Virus record (IMG/VR): IMGVR_UViG_3300003690_000090
Location: 1-64,000 of that record
Reading direction: 5' to 3' (one strand)
Source: a virus
Length of the DNA stretch: 64,000 bases
Numbering within the stretch: position 1 is the stretch's first letter; each line of letters opens with the position of its first letter. Of this stretch, positions 1 through 9,200 are shown in pieces. Position numbers and translations under genes: made by a program. The notes under the pieces are model-generated. The model had not been told where the DNA came from and searched no databases. It worked only from the letters and a program-made list of their open reading frames with translations.

Positions 1-233
1 ATGTTCGTAGATACAAGGAATTTCTTGAAAGATTCCCGGAACAAGAATCGATTGCAGATTCTGCGATGCCTGTCTATGAACCTCCGGGGTGGGAAGAGAA
101 ATGGATTCCTAGCAAGGCACCGCCCCAACCCACTGCCGAAGAAGAGAGGCTTATGTCTGAGCTGGAGGCGGCTTCCATGCCATTCGGGGATTTGCGCCCA
201 AGCAAACCACCCGTTGTTTCCGACGCTGAATAG
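1..233 (+). CDS. 3' end of an upstream gene (partial), probably a virion/ejection protein
   Basis: Frame starting at nt 3 is open (VRRYKEFLERFPEQ...PVVSDAE) to TAG 231-233, 8 nt before the next GTG start; fits better than the listed 1..258 ORF. Confidence 0.6.
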   Translation, partial: VRRYKEFLERFPEQESIADSAMPVYEPPGWEEKWIPSKAPPQPTAEEERLMSELEAASMPFGDLRPSKPPVVSDAE

Positions 234-241
234 GAAGCGCT

Positions 242-3200
242 GTGCCCCGACAAACTGATGACCAGATTCTTGAGCGCTACCTCACAGAAGGCACTCGTCC
301 GGTTACGCGAGAACAGGCGGAAGAAGCTATCCGGATAGCATCTGAGTATGAATACCTCGGCGCAAAACCGGAGCTCGACGAGGAAGAGCCAGGGGAAGAG
401 CCGGAAGAAGGGCCGATAGATTCACGCATCTCTCGCATTCCAAATGAGCCAACAACGCTCGAGCGTGCCGAGGTAAAGTCTGCATTAAGGGCGGCGACCC
501 GAGCTGACACTGAGAGAACACCGGGCGTCACGCCTGCAGAAGCTCGTCGCAGAATGGACAGTATTGACAACAGGATGGAGTTCTATCCATGGGGTCATGC
601 TCCTACCTTGCCTGATCCGCCGAGCGTAGAACGGGTTCGAGAACTTCTTCCAGAGGATCCAGACGATAGACCCGCTGGCGGACCCAATCTAAGAGAAGTA
701 AGAACCCCGAGCGTTCGCAAGATCATTGAAGCGATCGATAGTGGTGCAAGCGATGAGGAAGTAGAGAAGCTCATTGGCGAAGCCCCAATCTCGGCCTGGC
801 CAGACGAAATCCTGATGACTCGCGGCCTTATGCAGGCCTGGGGTCGCGCTACCGGGCCTCGAACCATTGAGATGCCAAGAACGTCTTTCCAGCGCACCCC
901 GGAAGTGCGCTGGGCGCTTAAGCGTGAAAAGGAACGATATTTCCGAGAGATGCTGAAAGATGAGGGCGCCAGCACTGCAATGAGTGTTGTGTGGGCATCG
1001 AACGTCACCATGAGTCTTGAGGAAGCAGAGAAGCTCAAGCTCTATTTGCCTGACGCTCCCCAGTACGATGGGTGGGCCACAGCTGTATCCACCCTGTCTG
1101 GCGCTGGTGCCGGGATTCTTTCTGGTAGCGGTGTCACGCGATCTTTGATGTCCAAGATACCTGGTGGCACAACCTCGATGTCGCAGGCCGCACGGTTCGT
1201 TGGAAGCAAGGTTTTGCCTCGGCTTATTGTTGCTGGCGCAGCCGCCGTAGAGGGGGGTACGGCTGGCGCGGCTACCGGAACCCCAATGGGAATCGCTGCA
1301 GGCGCAATCATTGGCGGCGCCATTGGGTGGGCTAGCGGCAAGGTCTACGGGGAAATGACTCGCGGTGGCGAGGACTTCTGGAAGCCGGTTCCGGCGTTTG
1401 GAAAGGCGGCTCAAGACGATGGTTGGTATTTCGCTTTGCCTGCAGGCCTGGTCAATCTATCCTCAAGAGCTCAAATCAAGCTTGGGTTCGGTACCCAGAA
1501 CCTGATTCCACTTTTTCTAAGTGGGGATGACGCTGAACGATTCCGAGCTGAGATTGCCCGGTCTCGCCCAACAGAATCGTTCGAACAGATCGTTCGAGAA
1601 CTGCAGACCGCCAAAGAGAACGGGATGTCAGACGAGGAGATTCGCACGAATCTTGGCCCCACACTCGGTGGCATGGTTGCCAACAATGCTTGGGTAGATC
1701 TTCCCCCAGAAATGCGGCTTGGCAATCTGTCCACCACGAAAATGATCAGGTGGGCAAGACTCAATCCGCAAGCAGCTGACGACAAATCCCGGCCAGGCTT
1801 GGCAAGAATCGTAGATGTAATCAACAATGATGCGTACTCAGATACGACGTTGCTGAACGCTCTTGAGTCTGTGGCTTTGGGACAGCTTCCCGAGGCGGTT
1901 TGGCATAAAGCGATCCCGCCCACGGAATCCATGGCGGATGCCGTATTGATTGCTGCCGGGCTTACCATTGAAGCCATCGAGGCCACTGGCGGTGGAGCTG
2001 CTGGAAGCCGTGGCTTTGAGCAGACGTTTGGGCGCCTGATGCTTCGCACAGAGATAAGAGATGGACAGCCGGAAATTGTAGAAGGCTCCGTTGGCCAGGT
2101 CATGCGCGTCGTTGGTGCCGCTACCGAGTTCTATGCAGAGCTGCCGATTCCGTACATCACGCCGGCTGGGCGCGACTTCCAGCGCTCTGGCACGACGATG
2201 ATTCGTAGTCCAGACTCAACCTACCTAAGTCGCATTCTGGCGAATATCGAAACAGGCGAAATGGGTTTTGCCAGGCACATGACGGACGACGCTTTGGCTC
2301 GTGGTCATGAGCGCGGGTCGATGCAGTATGACGTACTGGGTGCGTTGGGCCTATTGTTGGATTGGACGGTTTACTGGGAGCGCCCCTTCATCGCTTCTGT
2401 AGGAATTCCAACAGGGATTGGGGTTCGGGCACATCGGCTATCCAAAGATTTCACGTCAAAGGAATGGGCTTTATCAGAACGGGCGAGGATGATTGCCGGT
2501 GGCTCATCTTCGTGGTTGTTTGTCAAGACACTCAACCCCGACGCCCTCCCCGTCCAGGCCGCGATCAATAGGCTCGAGGATCTTATTCCTGGTGAGAAAA
2601 CCCTTGCAGATGTCGAGGCTGCATTGGCAAGAACCGCAGAGGGTTCCTTGGGTGGGGTGGAACGCAAAGTGGCCCAACAAGTTCGGGACCACATGGAGGG
2701 TACCGGTGAGACCTATGCGGAAGCGCTGAATACCGTAGACAAAGCAATGGATGCGGATGTTCCCACGGTCGTGCGCTACCTGATGGAAACCGCCGTCAGG
2801 AACGCCATTCGTAGGGGCGATACGGACATTTGGGATCTGATCCCCAAAAAGTGGCACGACTCACTTCGTGCTGTGCTGAAAAACTCGGGCCAAGATGATC
2901 CAACGGGCCTCATTAATGAGATAAATCTCGTTTCCCAAAAGAACGGAAGGCTCCACCTGGCTGGGCTCGAGCGCCTTATGTCCGAGGGCGATCCGGGAAC
3001 GCAGCAGCTGCGAACCACGCCAGAGTACATTCGGGTGAAAGAAGGCATGCAGGCCTTGGTGGAAGCTGGCGATATCGAACAGCACCACGCGGCTTGGATT
3101 CTCGGCCTGATGGAGCAAAACGCCTGGCGTATGGCGGTGGACGAGGACGTCACGGCCATCAAAACACCCGTGGACTGGTTTCGCGCTATCGAAGTTCGGC

Positions 3201-6200
3201 GCAGAGGGAAGCCACCAGAGCCGCCTGATGATGTTGGCGGTGGACCAGGTGAGCCTGGCGTAGTTCCAGAACCGCCTCGGGTTGAGGAGCCTGAGCTACC
3301 ACTGCCCCGAGTAGAAGAAGCAGAAGCACCACCAGTCGAGGAGATGCCACCAGCATCGGAGTTGCTGGCGGGCGAGGGCGGGCTGACCGGTATTTACAAG
3401 TTCGATAAGGGTAGTTGGCAACCGATCAAGGCACGGCCAGCGCCATTGAGTCCCGACGCGCCGTTGTTTTCGTCGGTGCCTCGGAAGCTTGAGCACGTGA
3501 GTTGGGAGGGCGAGTCGTTTGGGTGGCGTCTCCCTACAGGCGAGGGTTTGGATTTCCCTCCCGACATGCAGGCGCTTGGCGTGGAGATCGCGCAGCAACC
3601 AGGCCGAAAAGATATTTTGCAAGCGCTTGGTCTCAATCAAAAGGAAGCCAGATACGTCAGAAGATTGGAAGCCGAACGCCCTGGCGAGGGAAGGCCTGTT
3701 GGCCTTGCTTGGTTTACTTCAGACGACCTTGCCGGCCTACGCGGCGGAACGCTCTACGGCTCGCTGCAGAAGTTGACAAAGGGCATTCGTGATTCTGCTC
3801 AAAATGCAACCGAAGCTCGAATCGAAATCGTGTATGCGGATGTGCTGGAAAAGGCCGTAACCGCACAAGAACGCAAAATTATACTTGATGACTTTGGCGA
3901 TCGAGCAACAAGGCTGTGGGGACAAAGAAACGAAACAGCACCCAGCGCGATGGTCACCATCATGCCTGGTCGCGCAAGCGAGATTGGTTCGTACACGCAC
4001 CTGGCTGACGACTTGTATGGCCTGCCTACGAAGACGAAATCGATAGAAACGGAAGACGGCTACACCATTGTCCTGGCAGAGCCGCATCCTCGCTGGGCCA
4101 AAGAGCGCGTAAAGGCCGAGGCGCCACCACCTCGAGTTGAGGAGCCAGAAGCCCCCACGATTGAGGAAGTGCCTACACCAAAGGTCAAGGTCAAGGTAAG
4201 CGAGCCAGAAGATGTTCCGGACAAGGTTCGGTCTGTTCCGGTCGGACAGACGCTTCGAGAGAGGGCGATGGGTGTTTTGAAGAAAGACCTGTCGAAGATG
4301 AAGAAGGCCCGTCTCGTCAAGATCATCGAAGATCTCGTCATCATTCCGTACAAGGACGCAGCAGAACTCAAACAGCACTCAAGAGATGAGCTGGCCGGAG
4401 CTGTGCAGCGCTGGGCCGAGCTCTATGGTCGGTATCCAATCCTCACCGGAAAGGAAGCACCTGGTCCGGTAGAAAGCGGTGCTGCCAATTTCCAGCGCAG
4501 AATGGCAATGTCCCATATTGACCAGATGTCATTCGATGGGCACATCAGCACTGAGGGGACGGCGATCCTTCACAAGGTAATGGATCGCTTGCCATCCGAA
4601 TGGTTCGAGCGGGTGGATTTTAGAGGCATCGAAGACCCCGACATGCTCGAGGATAGGCGCGTGTTCGGCAAGACCCGTCTAAAAAGGGCTGCAGACAGCC
4701 AGCTCGACGATGCGGCGCTTGTGCAGCAACTCAAAGCGATCACCACCATTCAAACGCGCAAGGCGACCAAGCTGAACCAGGCCACGGCCAAGAAGATGGC
4801 GGGCAAATCTGGTGATGAGCTGTTGTTAGAACTTTCAACGATGATCGATGAAAACCTGCTTCGGTTGGCGGACGAAAAGGCGTTCGTAAACAACGCCGGA
4901 TTCCGCTTGGACGACGACACTGACTTCATGAAAGCGGCCACTCCGTACTTTGTGGAAATCGCCAGGCGGTTGTTCGAAGACCCCGACGTCAAGATTCGGC
5001 ACGGCTGGAGTGGCATGCAGGAGATGCTGCAGGACTATGCCCGGCAAGGAAAAATACCGGCCAGCCTAGTTTCCGTCGGATTTGAGGGCTCCATACTCCG
5101 ATCAAACAGCCAGATAGAAACTATCCTGAGTTCTATAACGAATGAGTTCATGGGATTTCATGACAAGGACGTGTTGGTATTCCACGTTCTGCACGAGCTC
5201 GCTCATACGCTGATGAAGAACATCCTTACCGACGATGAGCTGTCGGCAATGCGCCGAGCTTTCGACGTTCACAGGAAGGCCGGGTTCAAGGGGTGGCACA
5301 GGCGTGAGGATGTCGCGGTCGTCAAGCAGAAGAGCATTGAGCCGGTGTTCAATGAGTGGGCAGCTGACATGTTGGCCTCGAACCTACTGGGCCACCGTGG
5401 GTTCGATGAGCTCATGGCTGCTATCGAAGCCGACGAGTTTGGCGATGTTGCGGCGTCACCCATGGCGGTGGATGTACCCGGGCGGGAAGTTGGTGTTGGG
5501 GATTTGTCCAGGCAACAACTTGAAGATCAGTTGAAAACCTTTGACGGAAACGGTCAACAGATTGCCGAATGGCTTTCTGAAAACGTAGACGACCCATCGT
5601 TCAAAGTAATTCTGAACCGGATCATTCCTCACCTTGAAGACACAGAAGTCAAGATTGTCAATAAGGGTGACCCGGTGCCGGGTGATGTTGTGCGACTTGG
5701 TTTAGCCTCGGGCTCGGCTCGTGGGGTTGCGATCGCCCCTAAAGGGGAAGCCCCCACTGTATGGCTTCGGGGGGCAGATCTGAACCACTCTGGCGTAAGT
5801 AGCGAGACCATCACCCATGAGTTTACTCATGCTGCAACAACGAAGAGAATGAACGACGGTAATCTTGTCGCCAATAGAGGCACGGCTCTTCACAAGGCCG
5901 TGGTGGATCTTGAAGAGCTAACGGATGTGATCATAAAGGAAAGAAACGCTTTAGTGAAAGCCGGGAAAACGCCGGTGGGGATGGCACTGGAAGGCATGCG
6001 GTTGAATACGGCAAAAGAAGTCGTTGCGTGGGGCCTCACAAACAAGGAGTTCCAGGCTTGGCTTCGGACGATCAAAGTCGAAGGCAACAAGACTGCATTC
6101 ACTCGGTTTGTCGAACTCATCAGGGATCTGCTTGGAATCGAGGCAAAGGAAACGAATGCTCTTACCGAGGTAATCAGGCTTACAGACGACCTTCTGACTG

Positions 6201-9200
6201 CTGATGTCGCTGGGCTTCCTGCTCGACGATGGACAGCACCAATAAGCTTTTCTGCGCAAGTGCGAGAGATTTTCCAGGGCCTCTTCGAGCGCATCGCCTC
6301 CATCCTCAAGCGCACCTATGGCGATGAGGGCATCATCAAGTCGCTCGACATCGACAAGGATGTTGCGGAGTACTTCACCGACTTCGTAGACCGGCTGATG
6401 AAGGGCGAGGTGGAAGTAGAGAACATTCGTAGGATCTACGAACGTCGTTCGAATGAGCCCAGGATGCTTTTCTCGATCTCATCCTCAAAGCGCATGAGGC
6501 CTCTCCGCGATGTTTCCGACGTAGAGCCTGCGAAGATGACGCGTGAAGAGCTCGACCAGGCGGTCCAAGACGCTGGCTTTATTGACCTGCCTGACGCCAA
6601 GCGTGCGATGCAGGACGCCTATCTCCCCTTTGAGGAATACGAGCACGTCTATGCCGTCTCAAGACAGGGGTTGGGTCCAGAAGATATTTGGGACATTCCT
6701 GTCAGCGGGAAAACAGCAGCTCGAGTCAATGACTTGAGGAAGCAATGGGAGTCTCTGACCGACGACATCATGATCAGGCATCAAGAGGGTCGGCTTGATG
6801 GCCTTGAAGAGATGGAGGCCGAGGCCGGGGGGTTGTTGGACAGCCTACATGCTGCAGTGGCCGAGCTGCAGACCGATCGAGATGGCATCTCATCTAGTGG
6901 GTGGGTTGGCACAGAAGAGAGCCTGTTCAAGATCTATCAAGAGTTTCTGAACTCCAGAGAGGATCCAAAGGCAAGGCTGCAGGCAGTTGGTCATCGCCGT
7001 GCAGAAGCGATGAAAGACAAGCCGATGTCCAAAAAGGAGTATGACTCCTACTTTGCCGAAAGGGTTCGGAGCATAATCAAGTCCAGCCCAGCCGCGCCTG
7101 GCGGTGAAACGGTGTTGCCGATGCCGCAACTGGCCAAGCTCCAGGCCAAGGCGCTGCTAAACAGGGCCAAGAAATCCTGGGAGAAACGCTCGGAGGTAAA
7201 GAAGAAGAACCCACAGGCGGAAAACTTCGTTGACGAGCACGCCCTGTCTGCTTGGAACCTGCAGCGCATCCAGGTCAACAGGCTGCCGGCAGAGGTACAA
7301 GCCGCGCTTGAGCTCACTGTGCGCGATGCTGGCGGGCCTCGGGCTCCGAAGCCGGAGATTCCTGGCGAATCAACCCCACCGAAGCCGTTCGAGATTCTGT
7401 TCCATGGCCCCAAGGGGGAAGAGCGTGGGTTCTTCAGTTTCGATTTCGAGACCTACCAAGCGCTTATCGATGTCCTGAAATACGGAAACTACGAAACCCT
7501 GGTTCGCGGCAATGCTTTGCTCTTTAGCAAGTTCATGGGCGATAAGTGGACGCAGGGGTTCATCAAGCATTTCGAGAACGTAAAGGACGATGCCGGCAGG
7601 GTCACGCTGACGGAACGGGGTGAGCGCCAGGCGGCAAGAGCGTTCGGATACTACATCAGGTCCGCGACCTCACCTCACGGAGGTCTCAAGCGATATTTCG
7701 ACCAGGCGTACATCACCCTGCAGGACTACTGGGCCAAGATTCGTGGGCAGGTATCGATTCTACCGCCAGAGGTGCGGAATTTCTTTGACCAGTTCCTTCG
7801 CCCGGAGCTGCGGTACGAAGGCGATGCCATCAAGCTGACGGAAAATATCACGCGGGAACCCCCGCTGGTCCGTCTTCCAGAAACCGCAGCGGAAAGGCTT
7901 CGTGAAGAAATCCAGCCAAGAATGGCAAAGCGCCGTGCATTTTGGGCTGTGAATACCGACCCAAGGGTGGTTCGTGCCGAGCTCGGTATTCAGGAAGGAC
8001 AGACCCACATCGATCCGGTCGATCTTCTAGTCGCAGCTGTTGGGTATGTCGCTGCGGAAAACGCCAAGAAGCTGCTCGGGCCTGGTCGTATTTTCATGAT
8101 GACGCCTCGGTCTATGGTGCCAGAATCGCGGCGAAGGGCTGTACTGGAACGCTTGAGTGCAAAGCTGCATGCATCTATTGGGACAAACACCCCTAAATGG
8201 AACAAAGTTACCGACGATATACCGGATAGCGAAAGGCCAACCCTGCCGACTGGGCGCAGATGGCGCAAAGAAAAAGAGGCTCATCTCGACTTTGGAGGCG
8301 AGTCTGGTTGGCATGAATTGGACCCAGCTCAACAGGCTGGAATGAAGGTGCTTGCGCAGGACTTGGCCAGGCACCCAATGGGCAACATCGTTCCAGATCG
8401 CTTTTTGGTTCCAGATGCGGATCTCAGCACGATATTTGTGGACGAATGGGCATCAATTATTGAGGCTGTGATTGATATCGAGGCGGGCGTTGGCGCAAGG
8501 CGGGCGCACTACTCGGAAGCCATCAACCCAACCCAAGCAACCGCGCTTTGGATGGCATTGAAGTCTGGTGTGGTGGACTTGTCGGATGCAAGCAACAGCG
8601 TAGATGGCCTAGTTAAAAACCTGAGGCGGATGTTCAAGCTGGAAGAGTTTGCTGGAGGAAAGCTTGGCCCGCTCTTCAGAACAGTTTTCGAGAAAAACAT
8701 CCGCATGATGGAGTTGGCCCCAAGAGAGATCTTGGCCCTTGCCAAAACAGCGCTGGAAGGAAAAAAAGAACTCAGCCTTCAAGGAATTTTCCTAGCATTG
8801 AAGGACACTCTTAGGCCTCCTGTTGATACGTCTGTTGTAGATGACATTGTAGGGACGATCGATCTTAAGCATATCGATAGAACGATGGACCACAAGAGCA
8901 CCGGGCTCCTTTCTCTTTTGAGAGAGTGGACCGGGGCAGAAAAGGCTCATTTGTACGGCGAGGGTACAGAAAAAACCTCCGCATTCTTGCGCGGCGAAGA
9001 ACAGATGGGACCTGGTTACCACTTCGCTACGACCGAAGAACTGCAGGGAATGAGCAAGGTCGAGTACATCGTTTCCAGCCATCACCAGTTCGAACGGATC
9101 CTTGCCGCGTCGAATCGGTACACGGATGAACAGCGCATCAACATTCTTCAACCTCTTCGTCGATACGCGATGGATCTTGAAGAGGCCAGGGCCCGTGGGG

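Noticed and set aside
1-258. Listed 85-aa ORF
   Set aside because: Its ATG is just the window edge and it overlaps the giant gene; the frame ending at 233 fits better.
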